Both the position numbers and the translations under genes were made by a program. Source: Patescibacteria group bacterium (lineage in GTDB: Bacteria; Patescibacteriota; Microgenomatia; UBA10105; UBA927). From it: a DNA stretch of 64,000 nt. The notes under the pieces are model-generated. The model worked only from the letters and a program-made list of their open reading frames with translations. It ran no database searches and was not told the DNA's origin. This document shows positions 16,979 through 27,598 of the stretch, piece by piece (position 1 is the stretch's first letter; every line of letters begins with the position of its first letter). The stretch covers positions 9,231-73,230 of the forward strand of contig JAHJMO010000002.1 in NCBI GenBank assembly GCA_018821245.1. Reading direction: 5' to 3'.

Positions 16979-18034
16979 ATGGCATCATTAACTGAAACCG
17001 CTTACTACACCCGCCGAACGATCAATTGGATCATATTCGCGATGATTGCGTATATAGTTCTTAGGATGTTGTGGGGCGTCGCATCCTCGCTTTGGCTTGC
17101 GGTTTTCCCCCCAAAGCCGCCGCCTCCCACCCACTCATTCGGCAGGCTCCCCGCGCTTGTTTTCCCTTCTCCTCAAGCGTCGCCGTCGGGGCGTCTTACA
17201 TACCGCCTTGAAACAATAGAGGGCACTGTTCCTCCTGCTTCGGAGTCCGCAACGGTATATTTCATGCCGAAATCAGCGGCTAATCTCCTGGCTCTTACAA
17301 AAACCCAAGACTTTGCTCAACGACTCGGATTTTCCCCTACCCCAATACAGGAGACCAAAACGATCTATCGTTTCAACGACGCACAACTTCCGCTTAGAAA
17401 ACTCCGATATGACATAGTTTCGTCTAATTTCATCCAACGGTATTCATTTGAAGACGACACCGCTTTGTTTAACGAAAAAAATCTCCCCCTTCCGAAAACG
17501 GCAGAATCGGAAGCCAAAAGCATGTTGCAGACGTATGACCTGTATCCTCCCGATCTGGCCGGAGGAACGGTAAAGACAATATTTCTTAAGCTTTCCGGAA
17601 ATAGTCTCACTCCTACAAGCAGTCTTTCACAGGCAGATGCGATGCGCCTGGATTTTTTCCGAAAACCGATCGGAGATATGCCGCTCCTCACCCCGGACCC
17701 TGATCAGGCTTCTGTTTCGTTTGTTTTTTCCGGATCAAATGTTTCGGGGAAAAGGATACTTCAGTTTGCGTATACCTATTGGCCTATCGACTACCAAACG
17801 TCTTCTACCTATGCGCTCAAGCCAAGCGCAGAGGCGTGGCAGGAACTTGTGGACGGAGGGGGGTATATAGCCCGATATCCGAACAACGGAACCGATATCA
17901 CGGTGCGCACGGTGTATCTGGCTTATTATGACAGCTTTGAACCGCAGACATACCTGCAGCCGATTTTCGTTTTCGATGGCGATAACGGATATTTGGCTTA
18001 TGTGCAAGGAGTAGCAAGAGAGTGGATGGAGTAA
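16979..18034 (+). CDS. hypothetical membrane-anchored extracytoplasmic protein
   Basis: Single N-terminal TM helix and a Pro-rich linker. No recognisable family. Confidence 0.4.
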   Translation: MASLTETAYYTRRTINWIIFAMIAYIVLRMLWGVASSLWLAVFPPKPPPPTHSFGRLPALVFPSPQASPSGRLTYRLETIEGTVPPASESATVYFMPKSAANLLALTKTQDFAQRLGFSPTPIQETKTIYRFNDAQLPLRKLRYDIVSSNFIQRYSFEDDTALFNEKNLPLPKTAESEAKSMLQTYDLYPPDLAGGTVKTIFLKLSGNSLTPTSSLSQADAMRLDFFRKPIGDMPLLTPDPDQASVSFVFSGSNVSGKRILQFAYTYWPIDYQTSSTYALKPSAEAWQELVDGGGYIARYPNNGTDITVRTVYLAYYDSFEPQTYLQPIFVFDGDNGYLAYVQGVAREWME

Positions 18035-18040
18035 CAAAAC

Positions 18041-18072
18041 GTTATTAGTTACTTGGTTACTTAGTTACTTGG
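18041..18072. repeat. TTAGTTA-type tandem repeat (gttattagttacttggttacttagttacttgg) at a convergent junction
   Basis: Same family as 6301-6345. It includes the stop codon of the minus-strand gene at 18061-18063. Confidence 0.7.
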
Positions 18073-19026
18073 ATAAAACTCCTGCCATACATAATTCCCA
18101 AATACCCAATCAATAAGCCCCGATGTGTCACTAAACCGATCCTTGCTTTTCAATACCACGATGATAACGCGGTGGCCATTCTTCTCTATAAGCGTAATGA
18201 GATTTTCCCCTGCCTCTTCCGTCCATCCTGTCTTGATGCCTCCGACGCCGGGAATTTTTCCTAAGAGCTGATTGACATTTTTGAGGGAATGAAAATATGT
18301 GTGGGTGACGTCGGAAACGGTAATTTGGGGAATCGCAACCATCTTGGCGATGGTTTTATTACGAAGCGCTACCTGAGAAAGCCTCATGAGCGCCAAAGGC
18401 GTCGTTTTATGGCCCTCATCATCATATCCCACAGGATTTGTGAATGAACTATTGGACATGTGCAAATCCTGCGCTTTAACATTCATCGCCGCAACAAATG
18501 CCTCTGCTCCTCCGGGGTAATTATCCGCAAGGGCGTATGCTGCGTCATTGCCGGATTGAATAAGCGTTCCGTACAAAAGATTTTCGACAGAGATACGCTC
18601 TCCGGCCACCAAACCCATCGTTTGACCGGCATTAGCAACGTTTTTAACCGTCATGACGTCATCAAGTTGATACGCGTCAAGAGCTACTAGTGCGGTCAAA
18701 ATTTTTGTCGTCGAAGCAGGTGCCAGAGGCGCTTCTTCGTTTCTTTTGTACAGGAATACCGCCGAATCAACGTCAAAAACCACCACTCCCGCGGCGCTAA
18801 CTTCCTCCCCCGGATAGATCCCGGTGCGGTTCACCGGATACGGCGCCGGAGACGGCATGGGAACAGGGAGCGGACGGATGAGGGGTCGGCCGGGTGTGTA
18901 CGCGCTCGTGTATACGTTTTGCCCGGGATACCCTAGGAAAAAAACCACAAAAAATACCAGGAACACTATTCTATCCCATGATTTTTTCCACCATTTGTGC
19001 TTATAGATGATCTTCTTTTTGGACAT
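18061..19026 (-). CDS. D-alanyl-D-alanine carboxypeptidase (serine-type, PBP5/DacA-like)
   Basis: SxxK (ASTTK), SxN (SGND) and KTG (IKTGWT) motifs in the correct order, with an N-terminal membrane anchor. Confidence 0.8.
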   Translation of the reverse strand: MSKKKIIYKHKWWKKSWDRIVFLVFFVVFFLGYPGQNVYTSAYTPGRPLIRPLPVPMPSPAPYPVNRTGIYPGEEVSAAGVVVFDVDSAVFLYKRNEEAPLAPASTTKILTALVALDAYQLDDVMTVKNVANAGQTMGLVAGERISVENLLYGTLIQSGNDAAYALADNYPGGAEAFVAAMNVKAQDLHMSNSSFTNPVGYDDEGHKTTPLALMRLSQVALRNKTIAKMVAIPQITVSDVTHTYFHSLKNVNQLLGKIPGVGGIKTGWTEEAGENLITLIEKNGHRVIIVVLKSKDRFSDTSGLIDWVFGNYVWQEFYPSN

Positions 19027-20454
19027 TTATGAACCTTTGGAGAATTTGTCTGTTTTTGATTTGCGCTTGCCAACAACGACAATACCCAATTCACGAAGCT
19101 GATAGCCGGATGCGCTACTTGGGGCGTCCATGACGCTTGTGGTTCCTGATGCGGATGCAGGAAACGCCATAACCTCCCTAACGTTCGGCTCACCCAATAT
19201 GGCCATAAGGAGCCGGTCGATACCGGGAGCAATACCGCCGTGCGGCGGCACGCCGTAGGTAAACGCCGTCAACATGTGCTCAAATTGGACTTTTTGCTCA
19301 CCCGTAAATCCAATAAGGTCAAATACTTTCTCCTGAATCTCTGCCTGGTGAATACGGATGCTTCCGCCGCCAACCTCAAAACCGTTTAACACCATATCAT
19401 GCTGAAGCCCCCGCACTTTCGTGGGGTCAGTATCAAGAAACGGAATATCGTCAGGATGCGGGGCGGTAAACATGTGATGGGAAGGGGCAAACTTAGCCCT
19501 TCCTGAACCATGATAGAAGTCCTCCTCGGACTGCTCGGTAAACAACGGGTAATCGATAATCCAGGCAAAGGCAAGTTCGTCCGGATCCTTTTTATCCATT
19601 CGCAGATCGGGTTTGTCCGTCCCGTACTTCTCCCGTGCAACTTTGTGCGTGAGACGCGGCCACGGGCTTGCCGACAGATGCTTATCCGGAAACAACTCTT
19701 GAACCAGCTTCGTAAACAGTTCTTCCGCAAGCCTCAAAATATCTTCCTGAGTGACAAACGACATCTCCACATCTAACTGTGTGAATTCGCCGTAGGCACG
19801 GTCGCGCCGGGGATCTTCATCCCGGAAACAACGGGCAATTTGAAAATACCGCTCAAGCCCTGCAACCATAAGAAGCTGTTTATATTGCTGGGGAGACTGA
19901 GGCAAGGCATAAAACTTACCCTTCTGAAGCCTGGAGGGCACAATAAAATCCCGCGCGCCCTCGGGCGTGGTTTTGGTCAAGATGGGTGTTTCCACCTCAA
20001 CAAAATCGCGCGCAAGTAAATACTCCCTGATAAAGGCAACGGTGCGCGAGCGCATGCGTAAGTTTCTCGTGATCCGGGGACGGCGTATGTCTAAATATCG
20101 GTACTTTGCACGGATTTCTTCCTCTATCTCATAGCCATCAGTGTCTATGGGAAAAGGCAACGGCTGTGCGCGGCTGACAATCGTCAGCTTTTTGACTTCT
20201 ACCTCAATCATTCCTGTGGGTATCTTCGGGTTGACGAGATTCTCCGGCCTCTTTTTGACCAACCCCACTACTTCGACAACCGACTCGGCAGGAGCATCTC
20301 CCAGACCTTTCGTTGCTACCATTTGTACGATACCCGACCGATCACGCAGATCCAAAAACATGATTTTGCCGTGATCGCGGCGGCTTTGAATCCAACCCTG
20401 CAAAATAACCTCTCTGCCGATTTGCTGTATTGTTTCCGAAACTAATGTACGCAT
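19027..20454 (-). CDS. aspS: aspartate--tRNA ligase (class IIb, lacks the GAD insertion; possibly non-discriminating)
   Basis: OB-fold N-terminus, the QSPQ motif (ALPQSPQQYKQLLMV), and class II motifs 2 (FRDED..R) and 3 (GGIAPGIDRLLM); 475 aa. Confidence 0.75.
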   Translation of the reverse strand: MRTLVSETIQQIGREVILQGWIQSRRDHGKIMFLDLRDRSGIVQMVATKGLGDAPAESVVEVVGLVKKRPENLVNPKIPTGMIEVEVKKLTIVSRAQPLPFPIDTDGYEIEEEIRAKYRYLDIRRPRITRNLRMRSRTVAFIREYLLARDFVEVETPILTKTTPEGARDFIVPSRLQKGKFYALPQSPQQYKQLLMVAGLERYFQIARCFRDEDPRRDRAYGEFTQLDVEMSFVTQEDILRLAEELFTKLVQELFPDKHLSASPWPRLTHKVAREKYGTDKPDLRMDKKDPDELAFAWIIDYPLFTEQSEEDFYHGSGRAKFAPSHHMFTAPHPDDIPFLDTDPTKVRGLQHDMVLNGFEVGGGSIRIHQAEIQEKVFDLIGFTGEQKVQFEHMLTAFTYGVPPHGGIAPGIDRLLMAILGEPNVREVMAFPASASGTTSVMDAPSSASGYQLRELGIVVVGKRKSKTDKFSKGS

Positions 20455-20493
20455 AGCTTAATTTTAGTGATCAAACCCGATATTAACAAGCAC

Positions 20494-22179
20494 CTATAAC
20501 CGGATGTCCTTGATCTTGAGCTGCAGGCTGCTGTTCCCGTTCCAATGGTTCATGTCGACGGAATATGCAATATCAACCAAATCTTCCCGTCTCAATTGAC
20601 CATAAAGATGACCAAAGTTAAAGGCTATCGCATCAACAGGCAAATTGTTATATTGTTGAATTGTTACATTGTTAGAAGACAAACGCAGTTTAAGGTGTTT
20701 GCCGTCTTTCCCCACCAACCGTGCGTCTCTCACTAACACGTTTCGCGTGGCAAATACCGGCTCCGGATTACCGAACCCGAACGGTTGAAGTTCCTGAATG
20801 CCCTGCCAGAGTTTTTCGGAAAGCACAGCGAAAGGAATTTCTGCGTCTATTGGAAGAACACGTGTGAGCAACTCTGTGTTAAGCTTGCGATCCACAATAA
20901 TCTCCAGCCGTTTTTGAAGCTTTTTCAACAATTTGGTTTCTACGGTAAATCCGGCCGCCATAGGATGCCCTCCGGCATCAACCAAGAGGTCGCTGCAGCT
21001 TCTGATGGCCTCGATGATATTAAAACCGCGGATGGAACGCGCGGAAGCTTTTGAATAAATCCCGCTTTTGGCTACCACAATAGAGGGGCGATAGAACTCT
21101 TCAACCAACTTTCCTGCAACTAAACCAATAACACCCTGGTTATAAGATTCATCGGCAATAAAGATAAGCTTCTTTCTTAAGGCCTGGCCTTTACCTTGAA
21201 AGGCCAGGCATTTAAAGGCATTACGTGTCATCTCTTCGGTCATTTTCTGGCGTTCCTTATTGGTAAATCCTAACTTTTGCGCCAGAATCTTTGCTTTATC
21301 CCTTCGGCGCGTACACAAAAGCCTCAGGGAGTCAAGAGCGTGTTCTATCCTTCCCATGGCGTTAATCCGCGGAGCCAAAACATGGGAAATGCTGTATGTC
21401 CCCAACGTTCCCTTTTCCAATCCCGCATCCTCCATAAGTGCTTCAAGACCAACCCTCTTGGTTTTATTGAGCGCTTCCAGACCGTATTTGGCAATCGACC
21501 GGTTCACTCCAATGATAGGCACCATGTCGGCAATCGTTCCGATAGCTACCAATGCAAGCAGTTCTCCCGCCTCAACACCTGGGGTTGAACGGAGAGGAGT
21601 GGAGCGGAGGAGTTCGCGCGCTACAAACCACGCCACACCGGCACCGGAAAACTCCGTGGTGTGGACTATTATGCATTTGGGAAGCTTTTTGGGCTTGACA
21701 TGGTGATCCGTGATAATAACGTCCATACCCAAACTTTGAGCATAAGCAACTTTCTCTCCTGCTGTTATGCCGTGATCGACGGTAATGATAAGCGTCGGAT
21801 CATAGCGCTGGCGCACCGCGTCAATGCCTTTGACGGACAATCCGTAGCCTTCTTCTTCTCTGTGTGGAATATAGGGCATGACTCGGGCCCCGATGCCATA
21901 CAGCGTCTCCCACAGCACAGCTCCTGCGGTGATGCCGTCTGCATCATAGTCGGCATATACTACGATGGATTCTTTGTCTTTGATCGCTTTGCGAATTCTC
22001 GCGATGGCTTTTTTTAATACCTGCGAATCAATGCCTACGTCTTTTGCTATGAATTCTAATGGATTCTCCGGATGAAGAAAATTTTCAATATCTTTCTTCG
22101 TTGTAAGTCCGCGATTTGAAAGAAGCGCTTGAAGTATGTCCTCCTTTTTTTCACTTAGAATTTTCCACTTCTTCTCCAT
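20494..22179 (-). CDS. recJ: single-stranded-DNA-specific exonuclease RecJ
   Basis: DHH motifs (YADYDADGITAGA, IITDHH) and the DHHA1 region; 561 aa. Confidence 0.85.
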   Translation of the reverse strand: MEKKWKILSEKKEDILQALLSNRGLTTKKDIENFLHPENPLEFIAKDVGIDSQVLKKAIARIRKAIKDKESIVVYADYDADGITAGAVLWETLYGIGARVMPYIPHREEEGYGLSVKGIDAVRQRYDPTLIITVDHGITAGEKVAYAQSLGMDVIITDHHVKPKKLPKCIIVHTTEFSGAGVAWFVARELLRSTPLRSTPGVEAGELLALVAIGTIADMVPIIGVNRSIAKYGLEALNKTKRVGLEALMEDAGLEKGTLGTYSISHVLAPRINAMGRIEHALDSLRLLCTRRRDKAKILAQKLGFTNKERQKMTEEMTRNAFKCLAFQGKGQALRKKLIFIADESYNQGVIGLVAGKLVEEFYRPSIVVAKSGIYSKASARSIRGFNIIEAIRSCSDLLVDAGGHPMAAGFTVETKLLKKLQKRLEIIVDRKLNTELLTRVLPIDAEIPFAVLSEKLWQGIQELQPFGFGNPEPVFATRNVLVRDARLVGKDGKHLKLRLSSNNVTIQQYNNLPVDAIAFNFGHLYGQLRREDLVDIAYSVDMNHWNGNSSLQLKIKDIRL

Positions 22180-22197
22180 ACACGCTATAATACCAGT

Positions 22198-23550
22198 ATG
22201 ATCTCTTTACCTCAATCCGCACAACTGGTTATAAACGCTCTGAAAAAAGCCGGTTATCAGGCGTATGCAGTCGGCGGGTCCGTACGCGATATACTCATGA
22301 ACCGCCCAACGAAAAGCTGGGACTTCACAACCAACGCGACGCCTGAAGAAATTCTTGCCGTCTTTCCCGACAGCTTTTATGACAACCAGTTCGGGACGGT
22401 CGGGGTGAAAATAAAAGCAACAGGAGACGAAACTAAAGATATTTATGAGATTACTACGTTCAGGAGTGAAAAGGGATACAGCGACCGGCGCCACCCCGAT
22501 ACCGTCACATGGGGAAAAACACTTGAGGAAGATCTGTCGCGCCGGGATTTCACCATCAACGCAATTGCCACCGACGGCAAAAAAATAGTAGATCCGTACG
22601 AAGGACAAAAAGATCTGGACTTGAAATTAATCCGTGCAGTCGGCAACCCGCAATTAAGATTCCAGGAAGACGCTTTACGGCTTATAAGGGCTGTGAGAAT
22701 TGCCACAGAATTGGGGTTCATGATAGAACCGGAAACTTTTTTGTCAATTAAAAAATATGCCGGTTTAATCAAAGAAATATCTGCAGAAAGAATAAAAGAT
22801 GAGCTTTTGAAATTATTATCCGCTGTTTTTGCTGCCGATGGAATCCTGCTTCTCAAAAACACGGGGTTACTTAATGTTCTATTGCCGGAACTGGATGCCT
22901 GTTTCGGCACAGAACAAAAAAGCCCACAACGTCATCATATTTTTGACGTTGGTACGCATCTGGTAGAATCACTTAGGCATTGCAAGTCGCAAGACCTAAT
23001 TGTCCGTTTGGCCACTCTTCTTCATGACGTCGGCAAACCACCTACGTTCCACCGGGATAATACCGGTTTAATCACTTTTTACAATCACGAAGTTGTCAGC
23101 ACTAAACTGGTCCGAAAAATCGTCGAGCGCTTACGATTGTCCAATAAACAATCCGAAAAAATAATTATTCTTGTCCGCTGGCACCAATTCTCTGTTGACG
23201 AAAGACAAACCGATTCGGCTCTAAGAAGATTCATAAGACGTGTTGGCAAAGAAAATCTGGACGACATGTTAGCGCTTAGAATCGGAGACCGGCTCGGAGG
23301 AGGAGCCCGAGAGACATCGTGGAGGCTGGAGCTGTATAAAAAACGCCTGGTTGACGTACAAAAACAGCCGTTTACTGTGGCTGATCTCAAAATTGACGGA
23401 TTTGATGTCATGAAGGAATTTGTATGCAAACCCGGACCGCTTGTGGGAAAAGTTCTCAACCAATTATTTTCGGAGGTTGAATCAGGAACGCTCAACAATG
23501 ACCGGAAAACGCTTCTTACAACAATAAAGAAGCTAAAAAAACAACAATAA
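22198..23550 (+). CDS. cca: CCA-adding tRNA nucleotidyltransferase with HD domain
   Basis: Pol-beta NT motif GGSVRD...DFT, RRDFTINA, and a C-terminal HD (LHDVGK). Confidence 0.8.
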   Translation: MISLPQSAQLVINALKKAGYQAYAVGGSVRDILMNRPTKSWDFTTNATPEEILAVFPDSFYDNQFGTVGVKIKATGDETKDIYEITTFRSEKGYSDRRHPDTVTWGKTLEEDLSRRDFTINAIATDGKKIVDPYEGQKDLDLKLIRAVGNPQLRFQEDALRLIRAVRIATELGFMIEPETFLSIKKYAGLIKEISAERIKDELLKLLSAVFAADGILLLKNTGLLNVLLPELDACFGTEQKSPQRHHIFDVGTHLVESLRHCKSQDLIVRLATLLHDVGKPPTFHRDNTGLITFYNHEVVSTKLVRKIVERLRLSNKQSEKIIILVRWHQFSVDERQTDSALRRFIRRVGKENLDDMLALRIGDRLGGGARETSWRLELYKKRLVDVQKQPFTVADLKIDGFDVMKEFVCKPGPLVGKVLNQLFSEVESGTLNNDRKTLLTTIKKLKKQQ

Positions 23551-24429
23551 TTATCTCTTCCTTCTTTTCTCCCACCGGTCAAGAAAAAGAAGCACAGGGG
23601 TGGCTATAAACGGCGAGGAATACGTTCCGGAGACCGTCCCGATAAGAAGCGCAACGACAAACCATTTGATCGTCACGCCCCCCATCAGAACAAGAGCCAA
23701 CAACATAAACACAATTGTCAGTGAGTTGACGAGCGATCGGTTCATGGTCTCAGTGAGGGCCCGATCGGTGACTTCTTCGAGCGACAAGCCGCGCGAGCGC
23801 TTCATGTATTCCCTGATCCGATCAAAGACCACAATAGTGTCATGCACTGAAAAACTCATGGTCGTCAGAACCGCAGTCACAAAAAGCGTATCCACTTCTA
23901 CGTGCCAAAGCCTCCCGAACAGGGAAAAAGTTCCGACAACGACCAAAAGATCATGCAAAAGCGCGACCACTGCCGCCAAGCCGAATTTGACATTTTTGAA
24001 TGCATAAGCAACGTAGGCAAGGATGGCTCCGATTGCCAACATGGCCGCCATGATGGCCTTTGTCAATAACTCCCGTCCGAGTGTCGGACCCACGGTTTCT
24101 GTCCTAAGAACTTGAGACGGAGATGCCGCACCGGATGCGATGTGGCTCTCCAAAAGAGCAAGGCGATCATCGGTCTCCGGCTTCATGCGTAGTAAATATG
24201 AATTGGCGCCGGATCGCTGAACGCTTGATAGCTCTATGCCGACATCATCCGCCGAGCTTGTAAAAACCACAGGGTCAACCTTTTTGTCAAAAGCTACCTC
24301 AAGAAGCGTCCCTCCGGTAAAGTCTATCGCAGGCACAAGCCCGAAACGGATTAAGGAGTAGCTTCCCGGTATCAGAACAATTCCGGATATAATAACGTAT
24401 AACCAGATATATTTACTGAATCTAATCAT
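23551..24429 (-). CDS. secF: protein translocase subunit SecF
   Basis: SecF topology and the motif GLVPAIDFTGGTLLEV; overlaps secD by 8 nt. Confidence 0.85.
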   Translation of the reverse strand: MIRFSKYIWLYVIISGIVLIPGSYSLIRFGLVPAIDFTGGTLLEVAFDKKVDPVVFTSSADDVGIELSSVQRSGANSYLLRMKPETDDRLALLESHIASGAASPSQVLRTETVGPTLGRELLTKAIMAAMLAIGAILAYVAYAFKNVKFGLAAVVALLHDLLVVVGTFSLFGRLWHVEVDTLFVTAVLTTMSFSVHDTIVVFDRIREYMKRSRGLSLEEVTDRALTETMNRSLVNSLTIVFMLLALVLMGGVTIKWFVVALLIGTVSGTYSSPFIATPVLLFLDRWEKRRKR

Positions 24430-25798
24430 TTTTATATTGCTTTTCTCTATACAACACCCGTATAAACGTCCGAGTCGCCACGATTCCGGTAAACAAACTC
24501 ATCAAGACTCCTACAAGAAGTGTCGCCGCAAATCCACGGACAAGACCTGAACTGGGAAGAAACTGCCAGTTGCCGGGATTAAAAAGTATAAGAGCTGTTA
24601 TGATGGTAGTAAAATTTGCGTCCCTAATGCTGTCCCACGCCTTTCCAAATCCTAACTCCATGGCGATATACCAAGGCTTCCCTTCCCTGACCTCCTCTTT
24701 GTACCTTTCGAAAATGAGAATATTGCTGTCCACAGCCATTCCGATTGAAAGGATAAACCCCGCTATCCCCGGGAGCGTGAGGGTGATGTCAAACAACCTG
24801 AAAACCGCAAAAGACAACAGTCCATAGAGAATCAACGCGAAGTTTGCCAGAATTCCGAGCCGGCCGTATTGTGCGATCATAAATACGGCAACAGCGGCAA
24901 GCCCGACGACACCGGCACGTATGCTTTTCACGACGGAATCAGCGCCAAGCGTGGCTTCTACTGTCCTTTTTTCAACAACCTTGACAGGAACCGGCAATAC
25001 ACCGGCATTAAGCTGCAACGAAAGAGTCTTGGCCGCATCACGCGTAAAACTACCCGTAATGACTGCTCTGCCATCGGAAATTTCGGTATTGACGCGGGGC
25101 CACGTAAGCGGAAAATCATCCAAAAATATCGCCAGCTGTTTACCAACAAGCCTCCTGGTCACTTCGGCAAACTTTTTTCCTCCGTCATTGGTAAACTCCA
25201 AAGCTACTTCGGGCTCCCCTGTCTGGGAACTAAAGGAAAGCCCAGCACGCTGAAGATCTTTGCCGGTTATACCTACGGATGCGGTATTGGTGAGCGTCGG
25301 CAGGAGAAACGCGGCCCCGGTTGCGGCGGCGGGGTCGGTAAATTCACGAAACTCCAGTCTCGCAGTCGTACCGATGGTTGACACAGCCTGTTCTACGTCA
25401 GTCACGCCGGGCATCTCAACGATGACCCGATAGGTGCCGCTGCCGACTGCTGTCTGCGTGACCGGCTCCGAAACTCCAAAAAAATTAATCCGGCGTTCTA
25501 TAACCTGACGCGCAGACTCCAGGGCATCAATACGATCATTTGCAGCAATGCCCTGCATGTCTGCCTCAAGCACGAGATGGGTGCCGCCGGAAAGGTCCAG
25601 ACCCAAACGGGTTTTGAGTTCTTTGTCGATACGGATTCCGAAAAGATTGAATTGAAGCTTGGGAGGGTTAATCACCCGGTCGACCGATATGCCCTTCCAT
25701 TGAAATTTGACACGATAGTTCTCGGGCAGGTCAATGATTGCCAACAAAATAGCCAAGATAATCAACAAAAAAAATACTCTGCGCGGATTTCTGAACAT
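24422..25798 (-). CDS. secD: protein translocase subunit SecD
   Basis: LGLDLSGGTHLVLEAD, a periplasmic domain and six C-terminal TM helices. Confidence 0.85.
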   Translation of the reverse strand: MFRNPRRVFFLLIILAILLAIIDLPENYRVKFQWKGISVDRVINPPKLQFNLFGIRIDKELKTRLGLDLSGGTHLVLEADMQGIAANDRIDALESARQVIERRINFFGVSEPVTQTAVGSGTYRVIVEMPGVTDVEQAVSTIGTTARLEFREFTDPAAATGAAFLLPTLTNTASVGITGKDLQRAGLSFSSQTGEPEVALEFTNDGGKKFAEVTRRLVGKQLAIFLDDFPLTWPRVNTEISDGRAVITGSFTRDAAKTLSLQLNAGVLPVPVKVVEKRTVEATLGADSVVKSIRAGVVGLAAVAVFMIAQYGRLGILANFALILYGLLSFAVFRLFDITLTLPGIAGFILSIGMAVDSNILIFERYKEEVREGKPWYIAMELGFGKAWDSIRDANFTTIITALILFNPGNWQFLPSSGLVRGFAATLLVGVLMSLFTGIVATRTFIRVLYREKQYKND

Positions 25799-25813
25799 AC
25801 AAATGTAGTGGTG

Positions 25814-26395
25814 TCAACCCACCAGCTCTTCCTCGTCCCCCACAAGCATGACCCGCGATCCCTGTAGGATCGAAAGGATAAACGGATCCCTACGGCGTTT
25901 GCGAAACTCAAACTCTTCTTCTGTCATCACTGTATAGTTAAGCTCCCGTTCCTGACGTACTTCCTCGGTTTTCACTAGCTGTGCCAATTCGGGCAAAACC
26001 ACAATACCTATGATCAACAGGTCTATATCGTTGTTGGAATGACGCGGCAGGTGACGCACAAAACGGCCGGACAGCATAGCATACTTAATCTTTCCAACTT
26101 TCGCTTTATGTTTAATGAGGGCTCCTCCCAGACCGGTCGTCTTGGCGATAAGCTCCATGAGCTCAAAATGCAGAGGGTAGTCCTTGCGGAAATGGTAGAA
26201 AAGACGGTTTGCCCGCGGTTCTTTAGAAACCATCCCCGCTTTCTCCATGTGTGCCAATTCCCGACGTACGGCATTGATCTCCTCGCCGAGTTTGCGCACT
26301 ATGTCGCGCACATGAAAAATAGTTCCGGGAGATGAGAGTAATAACGCCAACATCTTCACCCGGACCCTGGAGATAATTAACGGTTCAAGCAACAT
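25814..26395 (-). CDS. winged-helix DNA-binding protein (putative transcriptional regulator)
   Basis: ArsR/MarR-like wHTH pattern (IVRKLGEEINAVRRELAHMEKAGMV); the C-terminal half is of unclear function. Confidence 0.4.
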   Translation of the reverse strand: MLLEPLIISRVRVKMLALLLSSPGTIFHVRDIVRKLGEEINAVRRELAHMEKAGMVSKEPRANRLFYHFRKDYPLHFELMELIAKTTGLGGALIKHKAKVGKIKYAMLSGRFVRHLPRHSNNDIDLLIIGIVVLPELAQLVKTEEVRQERELNYTVMTEEEFEFRKRRRDPFILSILQGSRVMLVGDEEELVG

Positions 26396-26419
26396 AATCC
26401 TCCTTCACCGGGGCAGGAA

Positions 26420-27598
26420 TCAAAATTTCACTGTCGTACCAACAGGCAATATTTCTATCCAGATTGTTCCGCGATTCAGACTCATTTCTTTGCCGCCCGC
26501 ATACAATATCGTTCTGGAAGAACGGTCCGGCTTCTTCCATGTGACCTCTGTCGCCTTGCCGTCTTCAAATAACAAGCCTTCACCGCTGCCAACATTGGCG
26601 TAGAGAAGATGCGCGTGATCATCGACGGGCCCGGTTTCTTTCGCAAACTGTATGATAATCGTTTTTGCTGTCAATTGCTTCTTTGTTTCCAAATCCATGT
26701 GCGGCGCGCCTCCGTTGAACCGCTTGTAGGAGTTGGTGGCCGGATCATACTCCCAACGCACTCCATACTCTGCTTCGTATCCCTTCCAGGCTACAAAGCT
26801 TGCGGAAAATGAAGCACCTCTTTCACTCTCCTTGGCGTCGTCTTTGAACTTCCAGCTGTCAAAGTTTTTGTCCCATGCAACACCCTTTGCGTCCACGTTC
26901 GTCCACCCGCGGCTTGCGGCCAGAGTATAGAGCTTGTCCGTCACACAAACCATGGTATGTTCGGTCGCAACCGCATGATCCAGGCGATCATAGTTGCGGT
27001 AACAGGTCGGAAAAGAAATACCGAATTGATCCATATCCTTAATCTTCCACTGTGTTATCTGACAAAGCGCTTTTGCCCGTTCGTCGACTGTCTCATCATG
27101 GCACAATCCCGCGCCTCCAACGTGGTTATACAAAGCGTCATACTCTAAAACCCAAGGCAAAAAGTATGTACGGGCACTGCGAACCGGTGCCACATTTACA
27201 GACTTTGCCGATATACCGCAGTAGAAAATGCTCATCAATCTGGTAATCCCCCCTTCCGCCACAGCTTCATACACTATGTCAGCCGACGAAAGACCCGACT
27301 GGGGACGGGACTGCGCATGGTTTTCTATCATGATCGCCAAAGGTCTTCGCTTCTCCCATACTTCGCGTTCCTGTTTGGTATACAATTTTCCATTTAGAGG
27401 GCATGATTCTGTCCTGGGGATACTCGGGTCTATATCAAAAGACTCGTCAGGTGTACCGGTTTGCGTCGTAAGAGAAGGGTCGTCGCGTATAATACCGGCT
27501 GCATAAACGTAGCTGAAAATTCCGAAAAACAATCCGGTTGAGATAAGATAGAGCGCTAACCCTATAATAGCTGTCGTGATAAACTGCTGTTTGTTCAT
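26420..27598 (-). CDS. DUF3048 domain protein (YerB-like)
   Basis: N-terminal TM helix, then RPLAIMIENH.QSRPQSGLSSADIVYEAVAEGGITRLMSIF, the DUF3048 signature. Confidence 0.6.
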   Translation of the reverse strand: MNKQQFITTAIIGLALYLISTGLFFGIFSYVYAAGIIRDDPSLTTQTGTPDESFDIDPSIPRTESCPLNGKLYTKQEREVWEKRRPLAIMIENHAQSRPQSGLSSADIVYEAVAEGGITRLMSIFYCGISAKSVNVAPVRSARTYFLPWVLEYDALYNHVGGAGLCHDETVDERAKALCQITQWKIKDMDQFGISFPTCYRNYDRLDHAVATEHTMVCVTDKLYTLAASRGWTNVDAKGVAWDKNFDSWKFKDDAKESERGASFSASFVAWKGYEAEYGVRWEYDPATNSYKRFNGGAPHMDLETKKQLTAKTIIIQFAKETGPVDDHAHLLYANVGSGEGLLFEDGKATEVTWKKPDRSSRTILYAGGKEMSLNRGTIWIEILPVGTTVKF